From Escherichia coli (GTDB lineage: Bacteria; Pseudomonadota; Gammaproteobacteria; Enterobacterales; Enterobacteriaceae), in assembly GCF_041248615.1 (NCBI RefSeq), contig NZ_CP158426.1: 64,000 nt of DNA, one strand, 5' to 3'. Every line of letters starts with the position of its first letter. The first letter of the stretch is position 1. Under the pieces are notes generated by a model. That model had not been told where the DNA came from. It made no database searches and saw nothing but the letters and a program-made list of their open reading frames with translations. The position numbers and the translations under genes were made by a program. Of this stretch, positions 41,038 to 51,743 are shown piece by piece.

Positions 41038-42522
41038 TCAGTACTTGAAGTTATCCGGGAGGAAACGACTGATCTCGACCTCCATGAATTCGCTGCGGCG
41101 AAACTGGCCTTTCATCGTGAACGGAACGGTACAGTCGAAAATAGTTTTACAGGCGATCCCGTGGTCGCGGACGGAGTAACTAAAAGCCGGGTCAGAGGAC
41201 GGATCGAGGGGATGGCACCTTACGCCGGGTATGAACACCGTGCTGATATCCCCCTGATAGCGTGTCGTCATTGCCCATATCACGTCATTGAGATCGAAAA
41301 TATCCACATCGTCATCAACCAGAATCACATGCTTGAGTTCCGAGAATGCGGAGAAGGCCAGAAGAGCCGCCTGGCGCTGACGACCTTCATCGTTTGGCAG
41401 ACGTTTTTTCACCTGCAATACGGCAAGATATTTTCCGGTCCCGGGTGACGGGCAGTGAACATTTTGCACAAAGCCGGGAAGGGCGCGCTCCACCAGTTGC
41501 AGAATACTGGCCTCGGTGGGGATCCCTGCCATATTGGTATGCTCGTCACTTGGACCAATGCAGGTCTGTAGAATTGGGTGACGGCGGTGGGTGATGGCTT
41601 TCACTTTTATCACTGGCACCATTTGCTGTGCCTGTCCGGTATAGCCGGGGAATTCCGGCATGGCTTTACCACTGTTGGTATTTTGATCCTCCCTGACCCG
41701 ATAGTTAGGAATGAGTTCCCCCTCGATAACGACTTCGGCGTTCGCAATGGCCCGGGCATTCACGGTCAGACACTGGCACAGCTCAACAGGCTGTTTACGC
41801 AAGCTCCCTGCCACTGACAGTTCGTCAAAACCAAGTGGAGTTGTGGGCGGTTCGAAGCAGGCACCGATTTCAATGGCTGGGTCAACACCAATGCTGATCG
41901 AGATGGGAAGTGGGGCCCCATCTTCCTCTGCTTTCTGACGGAACAAATCCAGATGCCGACCGGGAACGAAGTACATGGATATTTCATCCCTGTTTTGCAC
42001 GCACAGTCGGTGAATAGTGATGTCATGCTCGCCGGTATGTGGATCGGCGGCGTAGCACATACCGAGAGTGAAGTAAGGACCGGCATCCTCCGGCGTATTC
42101 GTGGGTGCTGGCAGGATATTGAGGATACTGAAATCCGGATCGGATGCCAGATGGACTACTTCCTGACAGACGGCATTTTCCTGCGGAATAACGACAGGAC
42201 TTATCGGGGTGCTTACCGCGTCTTTCAGTAAAAAGGCCAGCTTATCGGGTGTGGTATCCAGTAGCCGGGCCACGCGTTTTCGCGAGGCGAGAAGACCTAT
42301 CAGCACTCGCATATCGGTATAGCCTTTAATCCGGTTAAAGAGCATGGCTGGACCGATACGAGTCGGACGCATGACCGTACCGTGTGCCCCAATGTAGCGG
42401 TACACCCCTGACAGTTCTGCACTTGGATCAACGGGTTCATCGGTTTCGATAAGCTCATCATCAAACTTGCGCAGTACGGCCAGCGCACTGCGTAGGTCAG
42501 TCACTTTTTGTGTTTGAGACAT
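41038..42522 (-). CDS. UbiD-family (prenyl-FMN-dependent) decarboxylase
   Basis: 494-aa ORF with UbiD-family architecture; immediately upstream of the UbiX-like partner. Confidence 0.85.
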   Translation of the reverse strand: MSQTQKVTDLRSALAVLRKFDDELIETDEPVDPSAELSGVYRYIGAHGTVMRPTRIGPAMLFNRIKGYTDMRVLIGLLASRKRVARLLDTTPDKLAFLLKDAVSTPISPVVIPQENAVCQEVVHLASDPDFSILNILPAPTNTPEDAGPYFTLGMCYAADPHTGEHDITIHRLCVQNRDEISMYFVPGRHLDLFRQKAEEDGAPLPISISIGVDPAIEIGACFEPPTTPLGFDELSVAGSLRKQPVELCQCLTVNARAIANAEVVIEGELIPNYRVREDQNTNSGKAMPEFPGYTGQAQQMVPVIKVKAITHRRHPILQTCIGPSDEHTNMAGIPTEASILQLVERALPGFVQNVHCPSPGTGKYLAVLQVKKRLPNDEGRQRQAALLAFSAFSELKHVILVDDDVDIFDLNDVIWAMTTRYQGDISTVFIPGVRCHPLDPSSDPAFSYSVRDHGIACKTIFDCTVPFTMKGQFRRSEFMEVEISRFLPDNFKY

Positions 42523-42698
42523 TACGTTTTCCTCAGTAAGTCGCCGGGAGACAGCATGCCCGGTGTGCTTTTATCTTCATCCTGCAGGCAATCACAGGAC
42601 GAGCCGTTACATCACTGACAGTATGTGAGGCAACATAAATCCCCGTCTAATCACATTAACGACGTTTTTAATGTGGGATTGTTATCGAAAAATAGTGA

Positions 42699-43592
42699 TT
42701 GGAGGAACGTGTGGACTATCGGTATTTGCATGCATTTGTGGTGCTTGCCAGAGAACTGCATTTTGGAAAAGCCGCACTGCGGCTCAACATCACGCAGCCA
42801 GCCTTAAGCCGTCAGATTAGAGTGCTGGAAGATCAGCTTGGCATGGTGCTATTTACGCGTGATCGTCGTCATGTGGCGCTGACTGTGGAAGGAACTCAGC
42901 TTGCAGCGGAGGCGCGGAGCGCCGTCAGTCATTACGAAAAAATGCTGAGCCGTGCGAGTAGCCTTCGAAAAGGCTATAAAGGACAACTCATACTGGGTTA
43001 TGTCGGATCTTCCATTCTTGATCCCGCCCTGACACGGTTAATCACCTGTTTTCGCGAGACTAAACCGGATGTTGAGATTGTTATTGAGGAGCACAACGTT
43101 GACGAACAGCTCACCCTCCTGCTCGACCATCAACTGGATATGGGGCTGCTCCGATCGCCTGTTCCGCATTTTGCCAACCTGGACTACGTGGATATCGCCA
43201 CCAGGTCACTCATCGCCGCAGTACCGCACACGCATCCGCAGGCAGGAGTCGGTAAAATAGAGCTGGAGACGTTGTCCGGGGATACATTTATGATCCAGAA
43301 AGATCCGCCCGGGGTCGGGCTAGGCTGGTCTGCATTACATGCCTGTGAGATGGCCAGTTTTGTCCCACCCAAAATCTATTTTACTCGCGATGTTGCGGTG
43401 GCTATTGGCATGGTGTCGATGGGAATAGGAGTTACGCTGGTGCCAGAAACCCAGCGTTCTGTAACGTTGCCTAATGTCTGCTACTGCCTGCTGCACGATC
43501 CCGAGGTCACAACGACCTTAACGCTTTGCTGGCCGAAATTCAGGAAAAGCAGGGAATTGATAGAGTTTGTACGCTCTTTAACGCTTGGTTGA
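42699..43592 (+). CDS. LysR-family transcriptional regulator, divergent from the decarboxylase operon
   Basis: N-terminal LysR HTH (FGKAALRLNITQPALSRQIRVLEDQLG) plus substrate-binding domain; divergent arrangement typical of LysR regulators. Confidence 0.8.
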   Translation: MEERVDYRYLHAFVVLARELHFGKAALRLNITQPALSRQIRVLEDQLGMVLFTRDRRHVALTVEGTQLAAEARSAVSHYEKMLSRASSLRKGYKGQLILGYVGSSILDPALTRLITCFRETKPDVEIVIEEHNVDEQLTLLLDHQLDMGLLRSPVPHFANLDYVDIATRSLIAAVPHTHPQAGVGKIELETLSGDTFMIQKDPPGVGLGWSALHACEMASFVPPKIYFTRDVAVAIGMVSMGIGVTLVPETQRSVTLPNVCYCLLHDPEVTTTLTLCWPKFRKSRELIEFVRSLTLG

Positions 43593-44133
43593 ATCTTAAG
43601 AAGCTGCAGTTGAGTCATAGCCAGCGATCAAAATTGAGAAGACAAAACCGGGGAGAGGTGCCCGCAGTTTCTGCCCCAGCTCCCATCTTCAGGAAGATGT
43701 GTTTCAGGAATGCATTCGTGATGCTGGGGATAGCGGCAAGACGATTTTCTCATCGGGTAACTCTGCGGTATCGGAACAGTTGACGACGGCAGGGTGGTGA
43801 ATGGGAACCTCAGGATGAAGCGCTCGGGCAAGAGGGATGGACTGTGCTGAAGAGAACACTGACAGAACGAGCATGATGCTTGCAAAAAGGGGACTCTGGA
43901 TATTCATTGTTTATCTCCTGATGATATTCATCGCTCCAGAGAATACGCTTGCCACTCTTTTTATTTGTTTTCCTGAATTAAAAATGCCCGGTTTTATGTG
44001 GTTCTTCCGTAAACGTTATTACATTAATTAACATCTAGTTTCTATCTCCGAAATGAGGTAAAAAAATAATTGTCGTGGTTTTTATCAAACAAATTTACCG
44101 GCAGCTCAGATCCGAACTAATACCTGGAAATTC

Positions 44134-44182
44134 AAACCCCAAACCCCAAACCCCAAACCCCAAACACCAAACCCCAAACACC
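44134..44182. repeat. Heptanucleotide microsatellite (AAACCCC/AAACACC) x7
   Basis: Direct reading: aaacccc x4, aaacacc, aaacccc, aaacacc; opposite strand is G-rich (GGGGTTT)n. Confidence 0.95.
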
Positions 44183-44412
44183 ATTTCACCGCTGGCGTGT
44201 AAGGGGCTCTATATCTGTTTATTCAGGGATAGTTTTTTCTCCCGTGTGATTTCCGTTCATGTATCTGCTTCCGGTTAATCGTTTCCCAGCACAACCCGTC
44301 CCGCAAGGGTAAATGGCACGCCTGCTGCGCCCTTGCGGGATGGAACGATGCCGGGAAAGCGAACCGTCAGGCGATACGAAGACGAAAATCACACCACTGA
44401 CGGAGAAAAAAA

Positions 44413-45357
44413 ATGACTATGTCCCTGCATACCAAGATAAGTGCCCCTAACACGACAGCGGCGACCAGCGTATCCTCGCTGGATCTGTCAGGCTCCTCAA
44501 AAACGAAATGTTCAACAGCCAGAACCGATATTTATCAGACTGTTACCGACAGCATAATTGCGGCGCTGGAAACCGGAGTAAAACCTTGGGTGTGTCCTTG
44601 GCAGCGAGCTCCCGGTATGTCCGGTTTACCGTCCAATTACGCCACTGGTAAGGCTTACAGCGGAATGAATATCATGTTGCTTTGGTGCAGCGCGTCAAAA
44701 CAGGGATTCTGTGATTCACGCTGGATGACCTACAAACAGGCAAAAGCGGTAGGTGGGCAGGTGCGCAAGGGAGAACACGGCACTACCGCGATTTTCTATA
44801 CCACGCTGGAAAAGGAAAATGATAACGGAGAAACTGACTATATTCCTATGCTGAAAGCATTCACTGTGTTTAATGTTGAACAAATTGACGGTTTACTCCT
44901 GAGTGATGATGCCGTTTTTCCGGCAGAGATCTTTGAGCCATTACCACGTGCAGAAGCACTTTTTCGTAGTAGCGGTGCAACCATTATTGAAAAAGGACAG
45001 AATGCTTTTTTTACACCATCAACCGACGAAATTCGCTTACCTGAACGGTATCTTTTTATTGATGCTGCTAATTTCTACGCAACCGGCCTGCATGAGCTCG
45101 TTCACTGGAGTGGGGCAAAAAGTCGGCTGAACCGTGAAATGAAAGGGAAATTTGGCAGCGAGGGGTATGCGTTTGAAGAGTTGATCGCTGAGCTGGGGAG
45201 CGCATTCCTGATGGCGGATCTGGGGATAGTTGGAGAAGTTCTGCATGACAGTTATATCGCTTCCTGGCTTAAAGCACTGAGGAATGATAAACGCTATATT
45301 TTCAAGGCCGCCAGCGCGGCATCGAAAGCACATCGCTATTTGATGGATAAAAGCTGA
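44413..45357 (+). CDS. ArdC-like anti-restriction protein (N-terminal ssDNA-binding domain plus HExxH metalloprotease-like domain)
   Basis: 314-aa ORF; HELVHW motif in the C-terminal half; architecture and size fit ArdC/DUF1738 proteins of conjugative elements. Confidence 0.6.
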   Translation: MTMSLHTKISAPNTTAATSVSSLDLSGSSKTKCSTARTDIYQTVTDSIIAALETGVKPWVCPWQRAPGMSGLPSNYATGKAYSGMNIMLLWCSASKQGFCDSRWMTYKQAKAVGGQVRKGEHGTTAIFYTTLEKENDNGETDYIPMLKAFTVFNVEQIDGLLLSDDAVFPAEIFEPLPRAEALFRSSGATIIEKGQNAFFTPSTDEIRLPERYLFIDAANFYATGLHELVHWSGAKSRLNREMKGKFGSEGYAFEELIAELGSAFLMADLGIVGEVLHDSYIASWLKALRNDKRYIFKAASAASKAHRYLMDKS

Positions 45358-46200
45358 GTAGCAAAAAGCCGCAAAGGAATGCGGCTTAATGGGCTGGGGG
45401 TACTAAACCAGTAAAGGTTTAGTCAGTAATATTAGTGAAGCAGAGCAAGTATCGAACAGTCATATTCCTGTAGTGGTATTAAGACAACCTTAAGAAGGGA
45501 CTGATGTATAGCTACTCTTGTATACCCATCCATGGAAAATTCGGTTGTATTGCCGGGTTGATATGTGCAGGTTGGTCCCGACCCAAGAAGTTTTTACTGT
45601 GAAAATTGTCAAACTATATCAATGTGGTAACAGCTTCTCTTGTCCCTTTGGTTATTTCAAATTGGACCGGGCTATCTGTTGCAACACGGTTGCTCTGCTT
45701 GAAACAGAGTTAACATATGCAACATCAGATACTTTGAGTTTGATCAGATCATAGCCTCGTAGCTTACTGTCCAAGGTCATATTGAACAGAGTTAAATCGC
45801 GCATTTTACCTTCCATTTCAAGCCTGATTCGGATCCCCCCTGATATGAGATATCTGAAGTGGTCTTTTTGGTCAGTGATACTTACAATACGGTCTTTGTC
45901 CCACGGTGACGTGTTCATACTCAAAGCTCCTGTAATGTTGGAGATTTGAGCATGGTTATCCCTCATGAGCGAGGAACGGACAATGTCCCTTGCGCGATCC
46001 AAGATTGATTTTTCTTATTAAATTAAGCTATGGCTGACCTACGAACGATAGGCAAAATGCTCCTAAAGCTACGGCTTATGACAGTAAAAAACATATTGAT
46101 AAAAATCTGAGCTGGTTTAGAATGCTATAATGGAATAATTATTTATTTTCGGCCTTCAGTTTGATCATTTTTAGAAATCACCCTTTTGAAGGAATCTACA

Positions 46201-46995
46201 ATGGAATCAGAAGAAACGAAAGAAGAGAGTTATCAACAGCGTTCGGAGTTTATCAGAAAAATAATTCAACAGCCTGTTGAGGGTGTCATATCTTCATGCA
46301 CTATACCAAAAAAAATAATTCAATTTTGGGATTCATCCAATACTATCCCTAATGATGTCAGACATTGCATGAAATCATGGCGTATCTTAGAACCTTTTGG
46401 GTATGAGTATTTACTATATGATTTCGTTAGCGCCCAAGAATTTATTAAACATAATTTGGGTGAAACATACAGTGAAGCTTTTGCCAAGTGTACTCATCCT
46501 GCTATGCAATCAGATTATTTCCGATTATGTTATATCTCGGTAAACGGGGGATTTTATGTTGACACTGATGATGTTTATCTGGGTAGTGAGATAAGTAGTT
46601 TTTTCACGGATGATAAGTTAAAAATACAACCTTTATGCTACGATATTTCCACCGATTCTATGATTCCACCAGAAATTTTTACAAAGGAAAATACTTATGA
46701 AGAATCTTGGATTTTTTATTTCAACAACAACCCGTTAATTGCTCCGCCTCATCATGTTATCATTGATAAGGCACTAGAGCAATCCACATACTTACTTAAT
46801 AAATCAAGCTATCCTCTCACAGATATTCAGTCAACAACTGGTCCTGGTAATCTATCTAAATCTATTTTCTCGTGTCGCGAGGAAATAGATTTATTATCCC
46901 AGATTACGGTAGTATCAAACTGGCAAGATATTGCAGAAACTAAGTGGGATTTAGAATACAGAGCTGATTCTAGAAATTGGCGCTTGATGAATTAA
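46201..46995 (+). CDS. DXD-motif glycosyltransferase (Gly_transf_sug-like)
   Basis: QFWDS...AMQSDYFRLCYISVNGGFYVDTDDV motif pattern; GAAGGAA RBS before ATG 46201 (track start 46186 is TTG); AT-rich. Confidence 0.55.
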   Translation: MESEETKEESYQQRSEFIRKIIQQPVEGVISSCTIPKKIIQFWDSSNTIPNDVRHCMKSWRILEPFGYEYLLYDFVSAQEFIKHNLGETYSEAFAKCTHPAMQSDYFRLCYISVNGGFYVDTDDVYLGSEISSFFTDDKLKIQPLCYDISTDSMIPPEIFTKENTYEESWIFYFNNNPLIAPPHHVIIDKALEQSTYLLNKSSYPLTDIQSTTGPGNLSKSIFSCREEIDLLSQITVVSNWQDIAETKWDLEYRADSRNWRLMN

Positions 46996-47010
46996 CATGG
47001 ATTTTTAATA

Positions 47011-49212
47011 ATGAACATTAAAAATAATTTGAAAGGTATTAGCCGTTTTTTTTATTCTTTTTACTTACGCTCTCGGTTACTTCTCCCAGCGCAAAAATCA
47101 TCGACCTTTAATACATTAAATCAGAATGAAGGCGTTATTAGCAGGATTTACGCTATAAACTTAGAACGGGAAGCGATTAGATGGGCAGATTTAAATAAAG
47201 AACTGGGTAAAATACTAGATAAATCTAATAAAAAATTAACGAGCCAATTAACCAGATTCTCTGCTATAAACGCCAAAGAAATGTCAGACATTCTCAATGA
47301 GGAAGAGGTTATTCCTTATTATACTTTAGCAGACCAGTTGTACGTTGACCCTCAACCAAAAATCTTACCCGATAAATTTGATCTCGATGTCCCTATAAAA
47401 ATGAGTAAAGCGGAAATTGCTGTAGCATTATCGCATCTAAATGTTATTAGGCTTGTTGCAGAAGGTTCTGATGCATATGCTTTAGTGCTTGAGGATGACG
47501 TGTATTTTGAAAGAGATTTTGCCAAAACCTTAGATGCTGCTTGGTCTGAAATGATTCAAGCTGACAGATCTTCACCTGGTTTTGATATCTTATATTTGTC
47601 ATTTAAAGAGGTTATGAATGGCGCGAAAAAGAAAATTATTTCGAAAAGCATATTTAAACCAGAGCGAGGGTTATGGTATTTTTCAGGATATGTATTATCT
47701 AAGAAAGGAGCAAATAAAATCCTCTCACTCCTCCCAACTTATGGACCAATTGACTTATGGATAAATCATCAATTTGAGAAACTCGATGTGAGGGCAGTAT
47801 ATAAGTCGATCATTTCTCAGAGGTTGGATTTTAACTCTTCAAATTCCTATTCAATATTACCTACCTTAGTGAAGATTGGTATTATTGACAATGAAAAAGC
47901 TTCCAGTTTTAATGAACTTCCAAATTATTGGCCTGTTTTTGCATTTGGTGTAAGTGGTTCGGGTATTTCTTCTTTGGGTATGGCACTATCAATGCTTGGC
48001 TATAAGTGTTGTAGTGATATTGATAGACTTCCCAATGCAGACTTAAAAAATCTATTAAGTAATTCAGAGCAGAATGAATTCAATGCTTATGTAAATGTTG
48101 GCTGTCTCAGTAAGTATATCGGCATATTAAAAAAACAATATCCAAAAGCAAAATTTATAATTACCACGAGTGAATCAAAAGAAATCGAAGATGTTATTTT
48201 TAATATAATTGAGGAGATCGTTGATACTGACTATGTTGTATTGCATTCAGATGAAAAAAACAAATGGAAGGTTATATGTGAATACCTTCAATGCCCACCA
48301 CCTATTTCAGCGTACCCAGAAATGGCTGACATTATTCCTAGGCAGATTATAGATATCACCAGTGCAGCACAAATCAATAATTCAGAAATTAACATGATAC
48401 ATGACATTTCCCCTTGGATATTAGAAAGAAAGAATTTTTCAGGAAATGGTTTTTTTATAAAAGATAATCCGAAGAGAATTGAAAAAGAGCTTGCTGATTT
48501 CTTCATTAATGATTCACTACAAAATATTAATAATAACTATTGGGAAATTCGCGATGATACTTTCCCTGGAAATCTTGGACTGTTTCGACCTCAAAATGTG
48601 ATTCAAAATGATATTAGTGGTTTAGGTCTTGTAGTTAAGGAGGAACAGTTAGGCGTTAGAGAGTTTAGTGCTGCTGCGATTTCAAGTAGAATGAAGTTCC
48701 TATATGGCCGATTTGAAGTGTCCCTACGAGCGGCAAATGTTGCAGGGATAGTAACCGGCTTCTTTTTACATAGAGATTCGCCTCGTCAAGAAATCGATAT
48801 TGAGTTTGTTGGAAATCGATCTGATCATATGTTGATCAATGTTTTTTATAATCCTGGTGATGAAGGTGCAAAGTTTGATTATGGATATCGTGGTACACCA
48901 ACTCTTATTCCTTTAGGTTTTGATGCTTCTGAAGAGTTTCATGATTACATGATTGAATGGAGTCCTGATGAGATAAAATGGTTTGTGGATGGAGTTATGG
49001 TTTATCGTAGAGGAGTTTGGGGGCCTACACCTATACCTCATTTACCCATGACCCTTCATGCTAACACTTGGCCAACCCGTTCCAAGGAACTGGCGGGACG
49101 TCTCCACACGCGTTCCTTACCCTGTATCACTTATATTAGGAAAATATGTATTGATGCAACAATGGATGTTAATAATCCAAAATTAAATGACCAGACAGTA
49201 GTGGCTGGTTAA
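47011..49212 (+). CDS. Multidomain protein: N-terminal GT25-like glycosyltransferase, central P-loop-like region, C-terminal GH16-like domain
   Basis: N-terminal YAINLEREAIRWADL...LSHLNVIRL resembles family-25 LPS glycosyltransferases; C-terminal EIDIEFVG matches the GH16 ExDxxE catalytic motif; AT-rich. Confidence 0.5.
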   Translation: MNIKNNLKGISRFFYSFYLRSRLLLPAQKSSTFNTLNQNEGVISRIYAINLEREAIRWADLNKELGKILDKSNKKLTSQLTRFSAINAKEMSDILNEEEVIPYYTLADQLYVDPQPKILPDKFDLDVPIKMSKAEIAVALSHLNVIRLVAEGSDAYALVLEDDVYFERDFAKTLDAAWSEMIQADRSSPGFDILYLSFKEVMNGAKKKIISKSIFKPERGLWYFSGYVLSKKGANKILSLLPTYGPIDLWINHQFEKLDVRAVYKSIISQRLDFNSSNSYSILPTLVKIGIIDNEKASSFNELPNYWPVFAFGVSGSGISSLGMALSMLGYKCCSDIDRLPNADLKNLLSNSEQNEFNAYVNVGCLSKYIGILKKQYPKAKFIITTSESKEIEDVIFNIIEEIVDTDYVVLHSDEKNKWKVICEYLQCPPPISAYPEMADIIPRQIIDITSAAQINNSEINMIHDISPWILERKNFSGNGFFIKDNPKRIEKELADFFINDSLQNINNNYWEIRDDTFPGNLGLFRPQNVIQNDISGLGLVVKEEQLGVREFSAAAISSRMKFLYGRFEVSLRAANVAGIVTGFFLHRDSPRQEIDIEFVGNRSDHMLINVFYNPGDEGAKFDYGYRGTPTLIPLGFDASEEFHDYMIEWSPDEIKWFVDGVMVYRRGVWGPTPIPHLPMTLHANTWPTRSKELAGRLHTRSLPCITYIRKICIDATMDVNNPKLNDQTVVAG

Positions 49213-49490
49213 TCATTAGAGTGAAAAGTAAATATTAGTAAGGCACTGGTAAAAATGTAGACACTATCAGTGCCTTAGTAGTTATCCCTCTGGATGGTTT
49301 TTTGACAATAATTTCCGTTTCTGGCACGGAACGGACAGAAAGCAGGGCCACCAAATCTCTCACGAGCCAAAAACCTAAATTATGATCTGACAGATACATG
49401 TATCAATGAAACTGTCGCTGTCAGATCAATTACGCCTTACTATCTGAAAATTATTTGATTTTCTGCATCGTGCATTCAAATTAACAATGT

Positions 49491-50342
49491 TCAGGAGGCA
49501 TAAACTGAAAGGAGTTCTTTAGCTGCCAATTGACCAAGTGCGTTGGCTGCAAAAGGACTGTCACCTGTCAGTACCTTACGATCTTTGTATACGCTTCCTT
49601 TAATATCATCATTAACAATATTCATCCCCATTTGCTTAAGTGCATCGCCAAAATACCATGTGAGATGGCCCGGCATATAACCAATGTCAGGCGTCTGCTT
49701 ATCAGCTGAATCAGGGAAAGCGCAAATAGAATACTCTTTTAGAGGGTTTTCACCATTGCGCAGCGAAAGGAATGCTGCTGGGCCATGGCAAAGGGATATG
49801 ACGAAGCGGTCATTGTCCATGAACCAGCGAAGAGTATCGGCTACTGCGCTGCTTTCTGGCAGCCCAATCAGTGCGCCGTGGCCACCAGGAATAAACACGG
49901 CAGCATATTCACTTTGCTTGTTCAGGCTATTCAATACATCAGACAATTTTTCAGGATTTTGGAACTTGTCTCTATACCGGCTGAAAAATGGCATAACTTT
50001 CTCATCCTTGTGCGGCATGGCCCAGTATTCGAACTTTGTCATGTAACCTGAGATTGTCGCAATGTCAAAATCAAAACCAGCAGCATGCAGGTGATACATT
50101 GGAATAAGCGTTTCAACAGGATGGTTTCCCGTTGAGAACAGAGCCCCGCTATCAGTCATCAGGTAACGCTCATCCGCAGCGATGACCAGCACCTTCTTCC
50201 CTCCCATGCACTGTTTGGGATAGTCGTAGTCACTAAGGTCAGATACGGGGCTGGTAAACTGACTAAGGGAATAGTCAGAGGGGAAAAATGCGTTTTCTTC
50301 AGCATGATCCACTTTCGGATGTTTACTTTTATCATTTGTCAT
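49491..50342 (-). CDS. HchA/Hsp31-like glyoxalase (DJ-1/PfpI family), island-borne paralog
   Basis: ORF 49491..50504; start placed at ATG 50342 (MTNDKSKHPKVDHAEENAFFPSDYSLSQFTSPVSDL...), 283 aa, strongly resembling recalled E. coli HchA including ...SLCHGPAAF...; the longer ORF reads into the IS2 end. Confidence 0.85.
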   Translation of the reverse strand: MTNDKSKHPKVDHAEENAFFPSDYSLSQFTSPVSDLSDYDYPKQCMGGKKVLVIAADERYLMTDSGALFSTGNHPVETLIPMYHLHAAGFDFDIATISGYMTKFEYWAMPHKDEKVMPFFSRYRDKFQNPEKLSDVLNSLNKQSEYAAVFIPGGHGALIGLPESSAVADTLRWFMDNDRFVISLCHGPAAFLSLRNGENPLKEYSICAFPDSADKQTPDIGYMPGHLTWYFGDALKQMGMNIVNDDIKGSVYKDRKVLTGDSPFAANALGQLAAKELLSVYAS

Positions 50343-50514
50343 TACGTATTCCTCGTTGATTGGTGTTAACTCTCTTTCTCGGGCCTGAATTCGCCTGTTA
50401 TATGGGCGACCAGGATAGCCTGATAGACTGGCCCCATGAATCTCCAGACAACCAATATCACTTAAATAAGTGATAGTCTTAATACTAGTTTTTAGACTAG
50501 TCATTGGAGAGCAG

Positions 50515-50880
50515 ATGATTGATGTCTTAGGACCGGAGAAACGCAGACGGCGTACTACACAGGAAAAGATCGCTATTGTTCAGCAGAGTTTTGAACCGGG
50601 AATGAAGGTCTCCCTTGTTGCCCGGCAACACGGTGTGGCAGCCAGCCAGTTATTTCTCTGGCGCAAGCAATACCAGGAGGGAAGTCTTACTGCTGTGGCC
50701 GCAGGAGAGCAGGTCGTTCCTGCCTCTGAACTTGCTGCTGCCATGAAGCAGATTAAAGAACTCCAGCGCCTGCTCGGCAAAAAAACGATGGAAAATGAAC
50801 TCCTTAAAGAAGCCGTTGAATACGGGCGTGCAAAAAAGTGGATAGCGCACGCGCCCTTATTGCCCGGGGATGGGGAGTAA
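50515..50880 (+). CDS. insC: IS2 transposase OrfA (InsC)
   Basis: [53 protein letters not shown]... matches recalled IS2 InsC. Confidence 0.85.
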   Translation: MIDVLGPEKRRRRTTQEKIAIVQQSFEPGMKVSLVARQHGVAASQLFLWRKQYQEGSLTAVAAGEQVVPASELAAAMKQIKELQRLLGKKTMENELLKEAVEYGRAKKWIAHAPLLPGDGE

Positions 50881-51743
50881 GCTTAGTCAGCCGTTGTCTC
50901 CGGGTGTCGCGTGCGCAGTTGCACGTAATTCTCAGACGAACCGATGACTGGAAAGATGGTCGCCGCAGCCGTCACTCAGATGATACGGATGTGCTTCTCC
51001 GTATACACCATGTTATCGGAGAGCTGCCCACGTATGGTTATCGTCGGGTATGGGCGCTGCTTCGCAGACAGGCCGAACTTGATGGTACGCCTGCGATCAA
51101 TGCCAAACGTGTTTACCGGATCATGCGCCAGAATGCGCTGTTGCTTGAGCGAAAAACCGCTGTACCGCCATCGAAACGGGCACATACTGGCAAAGTGGCC
51201 GTGAAAGAAAGCAATCAACGATGGTGCTCTGACGGGTTCGAGTTCCGCTGTGATAACGGAGAAAAACTGCGAGTCACGTTCGCGCTGGACTGCTGTGACC
51301 GTGAGGCACTGCACTGGGCAGTCACTACGGGCGGCTTCGACAGTGAAACAGTACAGGACGTCATGCTGGGAGCGGTGGAACGCCGCTTCGGCAACGAGCT
51401 TCCGGCGTCTCCAGTAGAGTGGCTGACGGATAATGGTTCATGCTACCGGGCTAATGAAACACGGCAGTTTGCCCGGATATTGGGGCTTGAACCGAAGAAC
51501 ACGGCGGTGCGGAGTCCGGAGAGTAACGGCATAGCAGAGAGCTTCGTGAAAACGATAAAGCGTGACTACATCAGTATCATGCCTAAACCAGACGGGTTAA
51601 CGGCAGCAAAGAACCTTGCAGAGGCGTTCGAGCATTATAACGAATGGCATCCGCATAGTGCACTGGGTTATCGCTCGCCACGGGAATATCTGCGGCAGCA
51701 GGCCAGTAATGGGTTAAGTGATAACAGGTGTCTGGAAATATAG
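50838..51743 (+). CDS. insD: IS2 transposase OrfB (InsD, DDE integrase domain)
   Basis: 301-aa ORF overlapping orfA in another frame, as in IS3-family OrfAB arrangement; DDE-type catalytic region. Confidence 0.85.
   Translation: MDSARALIARGWGVSLVSRCLRVSRAQLHVILRRTDDWKDGRRSRHSDDTDVLLRIHHVIGELPTYGYRRVWALLRRQAELDGTPAINAKRVYRIMRQNALLLERKTAVPPSKRAHTGKVAVKESNQRWCSDGFEFRCDNGEKLRVTFALDCCDREALHWAVTTGGFDSETVQDVMLGAVERRFGNELPASPVEWLTDNGSCYRANETRQFARILGLEPKNTAVRSPESNGIAESFVKTIKRDYISIMPKPDGLTAAKNLAEAFEHYNEWHPHSALGYRSPREYLRQQASNGLSDNRCLEI

Noticed and set aside
50343-50504. N-terminal extension of the HchA-like ORF (337-aa version)
   Set aside because: The extension reads into the IS2 left end; the conserved HchA N-terminus begins at ATG 50342.
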